Positions 41,283-52,100 of a stretch of 52,653 nt of DNA are shown here, one piece after another. This DNA is from a virus: the UHGV virus genome UHGV-0083175. One strand, 5' to 3'. The stretch's first letter is position 1, and every line of letters starts with the position of its first letter. The translations under genes and the position numbers were made by a program. The notes under the pieces were generated by a model. The model was given only the letters and a program-made list of their open reading frames with translations. It was not told the DNA's origin and ran no database searches.

Positions 41283-44200
41283 ATGGCGACGTTACGTGAA
41301 CTGATTATCAAAATTTCGGCAAATTCACAGTCATTCCAGTCGGAGATCCAGCGGGCGTCCCGTATGGGCAGTGAATATTACCGGACCCTGCAGAATGGCG
41401 GACGTCAGGCTGCTGCGGCAGCCAGGGAGCAGCGCCGGGCTCTGGCTGAGCTGAACAGCCAGTTGACGGAAATCCGCGCTTCGGCTGTCGGAATGACCGG
41501 TGCGTTTGCCGGTGCCTTTGCCACCGGACACCTGATTTCGCTGGCGGATGAATGGAGCTCCGTGAATGCCCGTCTGAAACAGGCGTCGCAGTCATCGGAT
41601 GAATTTTCGTCATCACAGAAAGTGCTGATGGACATCAGCCAGCGGACAGGCACCGCATTTTCGGATAATGCGGCCCTGTTTGCCCGTTCGGCTGCCTCGA
41701 TGCGTGAATATGGTTACAGTGCTGATGATGTGCTGAAGGTGACGGAGGCCATTTCGACAGGGCTGAAAATTTCCGGTGCCAGTGCGGCAGAGGCGGGTTC
41801 GGTGATCACCCAGTTCAGCCAGGCGCTGGCACAGGGGGTGTTGCGCGGCGAGGAATTTAATTCGGTCAATGAAAGTGGGGACCGGATCATTCGCGCACTG
41901 GCTGCAGGCATGGGCGTGGCCCGTAAGGATCTGAAGGCGATGGCGGACGATGGTCAACTGACGGCGGATAAAGTCGTTCCCGCGTTAATCAGCCAGCTGG
42001 GGATATTGCGTGATGAATATGCAGCCATGCCGGAAACGGTGTCTGACGGGATCACGAAGGTGGAAAACGCCTTTATGGCCTGGGTGGGCGGCGCGAATGA
42101 GGCCAGCGGAGCGACGAAAACGCTCTCCGGCGCACTGAACGGTGTGGCCGGAAATATTGATACCGTGGCAACAGCTGCGGGTGTGCTGGTTGCTGTCGGG
42201 GTGGCCCGGTACTTTGGTAATCTGGCTTCCGGAGCGATGTCTGCCACGGCAGGACTTGTGACCGCTGCACGTAATGAAGTGGCACTGGCTGAGGCCCAGT
42301 TAAGGGGAACGCAGATTGCCACGGCGCGGGCAAGGGCAGCCGTGTACCGGGCTCAGCAGGCTGTGGCGGCAGCCCGCGGGACTGAGATGCAGATTGCGGC
42401 AGAGGCCCGTCTGGCGGTCACACAGGAACGCCTGAACAGAAATATTGCTGCCAGAACCGCCGCCCAGAATGCGCTGAACAGTACAACGGCGGTGGGCTCA
42501 CGTCTGATGAGCGGTGCGCTGGGACTGGTTGGAGGCGTACCCGGACTGGTGATGCTGGGAGCTGCCGCATGGTACACGCTGTACCAGAATCAGGAACAGG
42601 CCAGGGAGTCTGCGCACCAGTATGCACTGACGATTGATGAAATCGCGCATAAAACGCCATCAATGTCTCTGCCTGAAGCCTCAGATAATGAAGGGCGAAC
42701 ACGGGAGGCGCTGACAGAGCAGAACCGGCTGATTGATGAGCAGGCCAGCCGGGTGAAATCCCTGCAGGAAAAAATCGCCGGGTATCAGTATGTGCTGGCT
42801 AATCCGGGCTGGACGACCGGTAACGGCTTCATGATAAACCATCTGACATCGGTGAAAACTGTAACGGAAGGGCTTGCTCAGGCAACAGAGCAGTTTGCTG
42901 TTGAGCAGTCCCGTCTGGCACAGATGCAGGAAAAAGCGCAGTCCATTCAGGATGTGCTTGCCGGACTGGAAGAGCGCCGTGTTGTGTTAATTCGTCAGCA
43001 GGCGGCAGAGCAGAATAAAGCGTATCAGTCACTGCTGATCATGAACGGTCAGCATACGGAATTCAACCGCCTGCTGGGGCTGGGTAATGAACTGCTGCAA
43101 CAGCGTCAGGGACTGGCGAGTGTACCGCTGCGACTGCCACAGGCCACTCTGGATGATAAACAGCAGGGCGCCCTGAATAACACAGAGCGTCAACTTGCCC
43201 TGTCCCGGCTGAAAGGGGAAGAAAAAGAGCGTGCCCGGCTGGGGTATGCGGCGGATGACCTTGGTCTGGTGGGGGATACGTATCAGGAGGCGAGGCAGCG
43301 TTACATCCGTAATTCGATGGAAGCCTGGCGCAATAATGAGGCGAGTAAACCCAAATCCCGGGCCGGAAAATCAGGGGCGGAAAAAGCGGAAGACAGTTTT
43401 TCCCGTCTGCTGAAGCAGCAGAAGGAACAACTGGCACTGGCCGGGAAGAATACAGAACTGGCAAAACTGAAATACCAGACCTCGCAGGGCGAGCTGAAAA
43501 CCCTGACGGAGATACAGAAGCAGGAGCTGCTGCGCAATGCTGCCCTGATTGACCAGAAGAAAATCCGGGAGCAGTTACGGGCCCGGGAGGAGGCTCTGAA
43601 AAATGATAATGCAGACGAAAGGGCATCAAATGACGCTGAGCTGCTGGGGTACGGGCAGGGTGAGCGGGTCCGTGAACGGATGCGGGAGCTGCAGCAGATT
43701 CGTGACGGCTACCGCCAGAAGGATGCGGACCTGCAGTCTCAGTATCAGACAGGGGATATCAGTGAGGATTTTTACAGACAGGCGCTGGCGCAGAATGCGC
43801 AGTATCTGAGTGAACGACTGAAAGACCAGGAGGCTTTTTATGCCGAATCGGATGCGCAGCGTGCTGACTGGCAGAAAGGGCTGCAGGAAGGGCTAAGTAA
43901 CTGGGTGGACAGCGCATCAGATTACGCTTCACAGGCAGCACAGCTTGCGACAGACGGTATCTCAGGGATGGTGAATAACATCACGGAGATGCTGAACGGA
44001 AATAAAGTGGAATGGCGCAGCTGGGCTGCATCAATCCTGCAGGAAATATCAAAAGTTCTTATGAATGCGGCCATTGTCAACGGCATTAAGATGGCGGCAA
44101 ACAGTATGTCCGGTGCAGGAGGATTTTTCGGCAGTATAGGCAACTGGCTGGGTGGCGCGGTGGCAAATGCAAAAGGCGGCGTTTATACCTCGGCAAACCT

Positions 44201-44525
44201 GAGTGCATACAGTAACAGTATTGTGGACACGCCCACGTACTTTGCCTTTGCAAAAGGGGCAGGGCTGATGGGGGAGGCCGGACCTGAAGCCATCATGCCC
44301 CTGACCCGGGCAGCGGATGGTTCACTCGGCGTGCGTGCGGTGGGCCGCATGAACGGCAGTGCGGGTCTGGTGTATTCCCCGGTGTACCACATCGCCATTC
44401 AGAATGACGGCGCTAACGGGCAGATAGGGCCGGAAGCGGCGGGCACCCTTGTGCAACTGATAGACCAGAGGGTACAGGCGGTGATGTTATCCATGCGTCG
44501 TGACGGAGGAATGCTGAGTGGATGA
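41283..44525 (+). CDS. Tape measure protein
   Basis: 1080 aa, long alpha-helical A/Q/L-rich sequence, in the position after G/GT. Confidence 0.9.
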   Translation: MATLRELIIKISANSQSFQSEIQRASRMGSEYYRTLQNGGRQAAAAAREQRRALAELNSQLTEIRASAVGMTGAFAGAFATGHLISLADEWSSVNARLKQASQSSDEFSSSQKVLMDISQRTGTAFSDNAALFARSAASMREYGYSADDVLKVTEAISTGLKISGASAAEAGSVITQFSQALAQGVLRGEEFNSVNESGDRIIRALAAGMGVARKDLKAMADDGQLTADKVVPALISQLGILRDEYAAMPETVSDGITKVENAFMAWVGGANEASGATKTLSGALNGVAGNIDTVATAAGVLVAVGVARYFGNLASGAMSATAGLVTAARNEVALAEAQLRGTQIATARARAAVYRAQQAVAAARGTEMQIAAEARLAVTQERLNRNIAARTAAQNALNSTTAVGSRLMSGALGLVGGVPGLVMLGAAAWYTLYQNQEQARESAHQYALTIDEIAHKTPSMSLPEASDNEGRTREALTEQNRLIDEQASRVKSLQEKIAGYQYVLANPGWTTGNGFMINHLTSVKTVTEGLAQATEQFAVEQSRLAQMQEKAQSIQDVLAGLEERRVVLIRQQAAEQNKAYQSLLIMNGQHTEFNRLLGLGNELLQQRQGLASVPLRLPQATLDDKQQGALNNTERQLALSRLKGEEKERARLGYAADDLGLVGDTYQEARQRYIRNSMEAWRNNEASKPKSRAGKSGAEKAEDSFSRLLKQQKEQLALAGKNTELAKLKYQTSQGELKTLTEIQKQELLRNAALIDQKKIREQLRAREEALKNDNADERASNDAELLGYGQGERVRERMRELQQIRDGYRQKDADLQSQYQTGDISEDFYRQALAQNAQYLSERLKDQEAFYAESDAQRADWQKGLQEGLSNWVDSASDYASQAAQLATDGISGMVNNITEMLNGNKVEWRSWAASILQEISKVLMNAAIVNGIKMAANSMSGAGGFFGSIGNWLGGAVANAKGGVYTSANLSAYSNSIVDTPTYFAFAKGAGLMGEAGPEAIMPLTRAADGSLGVRAVGRMNGSAGLVYSPVYHIAIQNDGANGQIGPEAAGTLVQLIDQRVQAVMLSMRRDGGMLSG

Positions 44526-44859
44526 GATTAAGACCCTTCACTGGTGTCCCCGGGAAGGGATGCAGGTGACGGAGAAACCGTCGGTGGTGACGGTGAAGTT
44601 TGGCGACGGTTATCAGCAACGTCGTCCGGCAGGACTGAATGCGCAACTGAAGACCTTTCAGGTGGTTTTTCGGGTGACAACGGATGCTGAGCGGGAGGCA
44701 CTGTCCGCGTTTCTGTCATGGCATGGTGGTTACCGGGCTTTTTTGTGGAAGCCCCCGAAACATAACCGGACGGTCAGGGTGGTGTGCCGGGAGTGGAGTA
44801 TTACGGATAACGCCCGGTACAGTGATTTCAGTTGTACGATAGAGCAGGTAGTTGGATGA
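44518..44859 (+). CDS. M: Minor tail protein M
   Basis: Size, position and lambda gpM-like sequence (..VKFGDGYQQR...GLN.....). Confidence 0.8.
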   Translation: MDEIKTLHWCPREGMQVTEKPSVVTVKFGDGYQQRRPAGLNAQLKTFQVVFRVTTDAEREALSAFLSWHGGYRAFLWKPPKHNRTVRVVCREWSITDNARYSDFSCTIEQVVG

Positions 44860-44944
44860 GAATTATCCTATAAATCACTCTTTATTGTTTAGTTGTTAAT
44901 TATTTTTAATCTGTCTTGTCAGAAAGTGCGAAATCGATCTTGTA

Positions 44945-44964
44945 TTTACATTTTGTTACATAAT
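44945..44964 (+). promoter_or_regulatory. OmpR-box-like site upstream of the porin gene
   Basis: TTTACATTTTGTTACATAAT compared with the recalled ompC C1 box TTTACATTTTGAAACATCTA. A second ACATCTAAA element lies at about 45013. Confidence 0.4.
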
Positions 44965-45057
44965 ATAAATTGAACTAAGAATTTGTATTAAAATATTTTA
45001 ATTTTTGTTCATGACATCTAAATGCATGAATAGTTCAGTTTAAATAAGGATTAAATC

Positions 45058-46212
45058 ATGAAAAAAATGACAGTGGCACTTTCTGCTGTAGCAGTGGCAG
45101 TGATGTTTGCTGCGGGGGCGCAGGCAGCAGAAGTTTATAATAAAGATGGTAATAAACTGGATCTTTACGGGCGTGCAACCGCTCTGCATTACTTCTCGGA
45201 TGATAAAGGTAATGACGGAGACCAGACTTATGCTCGTCTCGGCTTTAAAGGCGAAACGCAGATTAATGATCAACTGACCGGATTTGGTCAGTGGGAATAC
45301 CAGTTCTCTGGTAACAAAACGGAATCTGAAGGTTCCGCGGGAAATAAAACCCGTCTGGCATTTGCAGGTCTGAGATTTGCAGATGTTGGTACCATTGATT
45401 ACGGACGTAACTATGGTATTGCTTACGATGTCGGATCATATACTGACGTACTGCCTGAGTTTGGTGGTGATGGCTGGACGCAGACCGATAACTTTATGAC
45501 GGCCCGAACTTCCGGTGTCCTGACTTACCGTAATACAGACTTCTTCGGACTGGTTGATGGTCTGAATTTTGCGGCGCAGTATCAGGGCAAAAATGAGCGT
45601 GATGACCTTCAGAAGGCTAATGGCGACGGGTATGGTTTCTCGGCCAGCTATGAGTTTGATGGTTTTGGTTTTGTCGCTGCGTATACCAAGTCAGATCGTA
45701 CTGATAAGCAGGTTCAGGGGTTGAATGGTACTGCAGATGTTCTTGATCCTGCATCAGGTAAAAAGGTTGGAGAAAAAGCAGTTGACTCAGGTAGTGTGGC
45801 AAAAGGTAAACATGCTGAATTCTGGGGAACTGGTCTTAAATATGATGCCAATAACCTGTATCTGGCAGCAGTGTATTCTGAAACCCAGAATATGACGACC
45901 TTTGGTGATCAAGGTGTTGCGGATAAAGCTCAGAATATCGAAGCCGTTGTTCAGTATCAGTTTGATTTTGGTCTGCGCCCGTCCCTTGCCTACCTTCAGT
46001 CCCGCGGACAGGATGTTATGGTTGGTGGTGTGAACCATGGCGATCAGGATCTGGTTAAATATATTGATGTCGGTGCGACTTATTACTTTAACAAGAATAT
46101 GTCCACCTATGTTGATTATAAAATTAACCTGATTGATGAAAGTGAATTTACCCGGAAAGCCGGTGTTGCGACAGATAATATCGTTGCTGTGGGTATGACT
46201 TATCAGTTCTGA
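45058..46212 (+). CDS. General (OmpC/OmpF/NmpC-family) porin, moron in the tail operon
   Basis: Signal peptide ..[20 protein letters not shown], then ..GFGQWEYQF.., ..DYGRNYG.., and C-terminal ..VAVGMTYQF. Confidence 0.9.
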   Translation: MKKMTVALSAVAVAVMFAAGAQAAEVYNKDGNKLDLYGRATALHYFSDDKGNDGDQTYARLGFKGETQINDQLTGFGQWEYQFSGNKTESEGSAGNKTRLAFAGLRFADVGTIDYGRNYGIAYDVGSYTDVLPEFGGDGWTQTDNFMTARTSGVLTYRNTDFFGLVDGLNFAAQYQGKNERDDLQKANGDGYGFSASYEFDGFGFVAAYTKSDRTDKQVQGLNGTADVLDPASGKKVGEKAVDSGSVAKGKHAEFWGTGLKYDANNLYLAAVYSETQNMTTFGDQGVADKAQNIEAVVQYQFDFGLRPSLAYLQSRGQDVMVGGVNHGDQDLVKYIDVGATYYFNKNMSTYVDYKINLIDESEFTRKAGVATDNIVAVGMTYQF

Positions 46213-46385
46213 TTATTGCTGATAAGTTAATAAATACGGGCCGTCTGCCCTTACAGGCGGCCTGTATCAATGAAAACACAGTTTTCATTGGTCACTGCGA
46301 TCAGCAATTGCCATCTGGCATGTGCTGATTTAACTTTCTGTTATTACCTTTATTGGTTTTATTTTAAATTGGACTTTTATTGTTC

Positions 46386-46409
46386 GGGGCGCGTCTGCGC
46401 CCCTTTTTT
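46386..46409 (+). terminator. Strong intrinsic terminator after the porin cassette
   Basis: GGGGCGC-gtct-GCGCCCC followed by T6, 12 nt before the gpL start. Confidence 0.8.
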
Positions 46410-46421
46410 ATGGGCGGATAT

Positions 46422-47120
46422 ATGCAGGATATTCACGAAGAAAGCCTGAACGAGTCGGTTAAGTCAGAGCAGTCACCGCGGGTGGTGCTCTGGGAAATCG
46501 ACCTGACGGTGCAGGGCGGTGAGCGGTATTTTTTCTGCAATGAGCTGAATGAAAAAGGGGAGCCAGTGACCTGGCAGGGGCGTGAATATCAGGCGTACCC
46601 GATTGAGGGCAGCGGCTTTGAGATGAACGGAAAGGGCAGCAGTGCCCGCCCGTCGCTGACAGTGTCCAATCTTTTCGGGCTGGTCACCGGGATGGCGGAG
46701 GATTTGCAGAGCCTGGTGGGTGCCACGGTGGTCCGTCGCCGGGTGTATGCGCGTTTTCTGGATGCGGTGAATTTTGTGGCAGGCAATCCTGAGGCAGACC
46801 CGGAGCAGGAGCTGACGGACCGGTGGGTGGTGGAGCAGTTATCAGAGCTGACGGCCATGACGGCCTCGTTTGTGCTGGCGACACCGACGGAGACGGACGG
46901 TGCGCTGTTTCCCGGTCGCATCATGCTGGCGAACACCTGTATGTGGGATTACCGGGGCGATGAGTGCGGGTATAACGGTCCGGCAGTGGCGGATGAGTTC
47001 GACAACCCCACCACGGATATCCGGAAGGACAGATGCAGTAAATGCATGCGCGGGTGTGAGATGCGCGGCATGGCGGTCAATTTTGGCGGTTTCCTTTCCA
47101 TCAATAAACTTTCGCAGTAA
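46422..47120 (+). CDS. L: Minor tail protein L
   Basis: MQDIHEESLNESVKSEQSPRVVLWEIDL.. and the C-terminal Cys cluster match recalled lambda gpL. Confidence 0.9.
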   Translation: MQDIHEESLNESVKSEQSPRVVLWEIDLTVQGGERYFFCNELNEKGEPVTWQGREYQAYPIEGSGFEMNGKGSSARPSLTVSNLFGLVTGMAEDLQSLVGATVVRRRVYARFLDAVNFVAGNPEADPEQELTDRWVVEQLSELTAMTASFVLATPTETDGALFPGRIMLANTCMWDYRGDECGYNGPAVADEFDNPTTDIRKDRCSKCMRGCEMRGMAVNFGGFLSINKLSQ

Positions 47121-47130
47121 ATCCTGTTTT

Positions 47131-47874
47131 ATGACACAGACTGAATCAGCGATTCTGGCGCATGCCCGGCGGTGTGCGCCAGCGGAGTCGTGCGGCTTCG
47201 TGATAAGCACCCCGGAGGGCGAACGGTACCAGCCCTGCGTGAATATCTCCGCAGAGCCGGAGGCGTATTTTCGTATTACACCGGAAGACTGGCTGCAGGC
47301 ACAGATGCAGGGGGAGATTGTGGCGCTGGTCCACAGTCATCCCGGTGGTCTGCCCTGGCTGAGCGAGGCGGACCGGCGGCTGCAGATAAAGAGTGCCCTG
47401 CCCTGGTGGCTGGTCTGCCGGGGTGAAATTCACCGGTTCCGCTGTGTGCCGCACCTGACCGGACGGCGCTTTGAACACGGTGTGACGGACTGTTACACCC
47501 TGTTCCGGGATGCATACCATCTGGCGGGGATAACGCTGCCGGATTTTGTGCGTGAGGATGACTGGTGGCGCAACGGCCAGAACCTGTACCTGGACAACCT
47601 GGCGGACAACGGCTTTTACCGGGTGTCTCCGTCCTGTGCACAGGCGGGCGATATCCTGCTGTGCTGCTTTGGCGCATCGGTGCCGAATCATGCCGCCATT
47701 TACTGTGGCAACGGTGAACTGCTTCACCATATACCTGAACAACTGAGTAAACGGGAGAGGTATTCTGAAAAATGGCAACGACGAACGCATTCTGTCTGGC
47801 GTCACCGCCACTGGTCCGCATCTGCCTTCACGGGGATTTACAACGATTTGGTCGCCGCATCAGCCTGTATGTGA
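47131..47874 (+). CDS. K: Tail tip assembly protein K (MPN/JAB + NlpC/P60)
   Basis: ..ESCGFV......Y.PC.N......F.I.P.... HSHP.. followed by an NlpC/P60-like C-terminus. Confidence 0.9.
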   Translation: MTQTESAILAHARRCAPAESCGFVISTPEGERYQPCVNISAEPEAYFRITPEDWLQAQMQGEIVALVHSHPGGLPWLSEADRRLQIKSALPWWLVCRGEIHRFRCVPHLTGRRFEHGVTDCYTLFRDAYHLAGITLPDFVREDDWWRNGQNLYLDNLADNGFYRVSPSCAQAGDILLCCFGASVPNHAAIYCGNGELLHHIPEQLSKRERYSEKWQRRTHSVWRHRHWSASAFTGIYNDLVAASACM

Positions 47875-48452
47875 ACACGGCAGCGGAGGCCATCCGTGCC
47901 CTGTCGCTGCAGGTGCCGGGATTCCGCGGTCAGATGAACGAAGGCTGGTATCAGATACGTATTGCCGGTGAGGATACCGCACCGGAGGCGGTGTACGCCC
48001 GTCTTCACGAACAACTGGGTGAGGGAGCGGTCATCCACATTGTGCCGCGACTGGCCGGAGCCGGGGGAAATGGTGTTTTTCAGGTGGTGCTGGGGGCAGC
48101 AGCCATCGTGGGCTCTTTCTTCACCGCCGGTGCAACGATGGCGTTGTGGGGCGCAGCCCTGAGTGCCGGAGGGCTGACTGCCACCACGATGCTGTTCTCA
48201 CTGGGTGCCAGCATGATACTGGGTGGTGTGGCTCAGATGCTGGCCCCGAAGGCAAAGACGCCGGAGTATAAAAGTACGGATAACGGTAAACAGAACACGT
48301 ATTTTTCGTCACTGGACAACATGATTGCCCAGGGTAACCCGATGCCGGTGCCTTACGGTGAAATGCTGGTTGGTTCACGACGGATATCCCAGGATATCAG
48401 CACCCGTGATGAGGGCGGAGACGGGAAAGTGGTGGTTATCGGGCGGGGATAA
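47772..48452 (+). CDS. I: Tail tip assembly protein I
   Basis: Near-collinear with recalled lambda gpI (..RICLHGDLQRFGRRI...GVFQVVLGAAAIVGSFFTAGAT..DNGKQNTYFSSLDNM). Confidence 0.9.
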   Translation: MATTNAFCLASPPLVRICLHGDLQRFGRRISLYVNTAAEAIRALSLQVPGFRGQMNEGWYQIRIAGEDTAPEAVYARLHEQLGEGAVIHIVPRLAGAGGNGVFQVVLGAAAIVGSFFTAGATMALWGAALSAGGLTATTMLFSLGASMILGGVAQMLAPKAKTPEYKSTDNGKQNTYFSSLDNMIAQGNPMPVPYGEMLVGSRRISQDISTRDEGGDGKVVVIGRG

Positions 48453-48456
48453 AAAT

Positions 48457-48550
48457 AAAAAAAATCCCGCAGAGTTAGCGGAGCTGCGGGAAATAACGAT
48501 GAAGATTAACGTTATGGAGTTATTTTTTTGGGCAGAAGAACAGTAACGCA
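48457..48550 (-). ncRNA. Candidate sRNA, I-J unit 1
   Basis: Minus-strand -10 AATAAT (plus coordinates 48556-48561). The body contains ACGTTAATCTTCATCG. Terminator TCCCGCAG..CTGCGGGA followed by T8. Confidence 0.4.
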
Positions 48551-48647
48551 GCGTCATTATTGCGGCTACAGGCAATTGCCGGAAGTGTGAATAAACTCAG
48601 AATTTTTATTCCGTTGTGGTGATGCCCGGGCTGGCCAGTGACGGGAT

Positions 48648-48745
48648 AAAAAAATCCCGCAGAGTCCGGAGACTGCGGGACAGAACCGATGAAGATTAAC
48701 GTTCAAGGAGTTTTGTTTTTATTGACCCGAAAAAACTGTAACGCC
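48648..48745 (-). ncRNA. Candidate sRNA, I-J unit 2
   Basis: Minus-strand -10 TATCAT (plus coordinates 48751-48756), the same ACGTTAATCTTCATCG core, and a TCCCGCAG..CTGCGGGA terminator followed by T7. Confidence 0.4.
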
Positions 48746-48881
48746 CCGGAATGATATCTGCCACGGGAACGTACAGAAAATGTGAAGAAATTCAGACTTT
48801 TTCTGTCGCAGGTTTACAGAACGGATGACCGCCAGGGTACCAGTGGCGTAAATGAGCAGGATGTTGTGGTGTGGCTGAAGC

Positions 48882-48985
48882 AAAAAAATCTCCCGTAATA
48901 TCGCCGGATACTGACGGGAGACGAATAGTCACCTTAAGGAGGTCTGATAATTATTGCTTTTATTGAGCAAAAAAACTGTAACGCT
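48882..48985 (-). ncRNA. Candidate sRNA, I-J unit 3
   Basis: Minus-strand -10 TATAAT (plus coordinates 48991-48996). The body contains ACCTCCTTAAGG. Terminator TCTCCCGT..ACGGGAGA followed by T7. Confidence 0.4.
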
Positions 48986-49056
48986 GCGTCATTATAGTGG
49001 CTACAGGCAATTGCCGGAAATGTGAAGAATTTCAGAAATTTTATTCCGTCATGACA

Positions 49057-49087
49057 CAGGCACCCTCCGGGGTGCCTGTCGTTTTCT
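49057..49087 (+). terminator. Hairpin terminator upstream of J
   Basis: CAGGCACC-ctccgg-GGTGCCTG followed by tcgttttct. Confidence 0.5.
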
Positions 49088-49129
49088 GGCATAAACAGAT
49101 TCAGACATCAGACAGGAGAGGGGGACAGA

Positions 49130-52100
49130 GTGGGTAAAGGGGGCGGCAAGGGGCACACACCGCGTGAGGCGAAGGACAATCTCAAATCCACGCAGATGAT
49201 GAGCGTGATTGATGCCATCGGTGAGGGACCGGTGGAAGGCCCGGTGAAGGGACTGCAGAGTATTCTGGTGAACAAAACCCCGCTGACGGACACGGACGGT
49301 AATCCCGTGATACACGGTGTGACCGCCGTCTGGCGTGCCGGGGAGCAGGAGCAGACACCGCCGGAAGGCTTTGAGTCCTCCGGGGCAGAAACCGCACTGG
49401 GCGTGGAGGTGACGAAGGCAAAGCCGGTGACGCGCACCATCACGTCAGCGAACATTGACCGTCTGCGGGTCACCTTCGGGGTGCAGTCACTGGTGGAGAC
49501 CACCTCAAAGGGTGACCGTAATCCCTCTTCTGTCCGGCTGCTGATTCAGCTTGAGCGTAACGGGCACTGGGTGACGGAGAAGGATATCACCATTAACGGC
49601 AAAACCACCTCGCAGTACCTGATGTCGGTGATTCTGAATAATCTCCCTGAGCGCCCCTTTAACATCCGGATGGTCAGGGAGACGGCGGACAGCACCACGG
49701 ACCAGCTGCAGAACAGAACGCTGTGGTCGTCATACACCGAAATCATCGATGTGAAACAGTGCTACCCGAACACGGCGATTGTGGGGCTGCAGGTGGATGC
49801 GGAGCAGTTTGGTGGCCAGCAGCTGACGGTGAACTACCATATCCGTGGTCGCATCATTCAGGTGCCGTCAAACTATGACCCGGAAAAACGCACCTACAGC
49901 GGTATCTGGGACGGCAGTCTGAAACCGGCATACAGCAATAACCCGGCCTGGTGCCTGTGGGACATGCTGACCCACCCGCGCTACGGCATGGGAAAACGCC
50001 TGGGGGCCGCGGATGTGGACAAGTGGGCACTGTATGCCATCGGGCAGTACTGCGACCAGACGGTCCCGGATGGTTTCGGGGGCACAGAGCCGCGGATGAC
50101 TTTCAATGCGTACCTGTCACAGCAGCGTAAGGTCTGGGATGTTCTGGGGGATTTCTGCTCGGCGATGCGCTGTATGCCGGTATGGAACGGCCAGACGCTG
50201 ACGTTCGTTCAGGACCGTCCGTCGGATGTGGTGTGGCCGTACACCAACAGCGATGTGGTGGTGGATGATAACGGCGTGGGGTTCCGCTACAGCTTCAGTG
50301 CCCTGAAGGACCGGCACACGGCGGTGGAGGTGAATTACACCGACCCGCAGAACGGCTGGCAGACTTCCACGGAACTGGTGGAAGACCCGGACGCCATCCT
50401 GCGCTACGGGCGCAATCTGCTGAAGATGGATGCGTTTGGCTGTACCAGCCGCGGTCAGGCCCACCGTGCCGGACTGTGGGTGATAAAGACAGAACTGCTG
50501 GAAACGCAGACGGTGGATTTCATGCTCGGGTCACAGGGGCTGCGGCACACGCCCGGTGACATCATTGAAATCTGTGATAACGACTACGCTGGGACCCTGA
50601 CCGGCGGACGTATCCTGTCCATGGATGCCGCCAGCCGTACCCTGACGCTGGACCGTGAGGTGACCCTGCCGGAGACAGGGACATCGACGGTGAACCTGAT
50701 TAACGGCAGCGGTAAGCCGGTGCGCGTGGACATCACCGCACACCCCGCCCCGGACCGGATACAGGTCAGCGTCCTGCCGGATGGCGTGGAGACATACGGT
50801 GTGTGGGGACTCTCCCTGCCGTCACTGCGTCGTCGCCTGTTCCGCTGTGTTTCCATCCGGGAAAACACGGACGGCACCTTTGCCATCACGGCGGTGCAGC
50901 ATGTGCCGGAAAAAGAAGCCATCGTGGATAACGGGGCCACCTTTGAGCCGCTCTCCGGTTCACTGAACAGCGTCATCCCGCCGGCTGTGCAGCACCTCAC
51001 GGTGGAGGTGAGTGCCTCAGACGGCCAGTATCTGGCGCTGGCGAAATGGGACACGCCGCGGGTGGTGAAGGGCGTGCGCTTCAGTCTGCGCCTGACCAGT
51101 GGCAGTGGTGAAAACAGCCGCCTGGTGACCAGCGCTATCACTGCCGACACGGAGCACCGTTTCAGTGGCCTGCCGCCCGGGGAATACACCCTGACGGTCA
51201 GGGCGATAAACAGCTACGGCCAGCAGGGCGAACCTGCCACCACCACGTTCCGGATTAACGCACCGGCAGCACCGGCCAGCATTGAACTGACGCCGGGGTA
51301 TTATCAGATAACGGCGGTCCCGCATCTTACGGTGTATGACCCGACGGTACAATTTGAATTCTGGTTTTCGGAGGCAAAAATCGCAGACACATCTCAGGTG
51401 GAAACCTCTGCCCGTTATCTGGGGACAGGCAGCCAGTGGAGTGTCTCCGGCCCGCACATTAAGCCGGGGAAGGATTTCTGGTTTTATGTGCGCAGCGTCA
51501 ACCTGGTGGGGAAATCTGCGTTTGTGGAAGCCAGTGGCCGGGCCAGCAATGATGCAGAAGGGTATCTGGGGCTGTTTCGGGAAAAGATAGGAAAACTGCA
51601 TCTGGCACAGGGGATGTGGGAGCTGATTGATAACAGCCAGCTTGATGATGAGATGGCGGAGATGAAGACCACCATCACCGAAACCCGCAATGAAATCACG
51701 CAGACGGTCAGTAAAACCCTGGAAGACCAGAGTGCCACCATACAGCAGATACAGCGGGTGCAGACAGGCACAAATCACGACCTGGCTGCGCTGTACATGC
51801 TGAAGGTGCAGAAAACGAAAAACGGCATTCCGTATGTTGCCGGTATTGGTGCGGGGATTGAGGATGCTGATGGCCAGCCCCTGAGCAATATTCTGCTGCA
51901 GGCGGACCGTATCGCGATGATTAACCCGGAGAACGGCAACACCACGCCGCTGTTTGTGGCGCAGGGGAATCAGCTGTTCATGAACGATGTGTTCCTGAAG
52001 CGACTGTTTGCAGTGAGCATCACCTCGTCCGGCAATCCCCCGACGTTCTCCCTGACGCCGGAGGGCAGGCTGACGGCCCGCAATGCGGACATCAGCGGAC

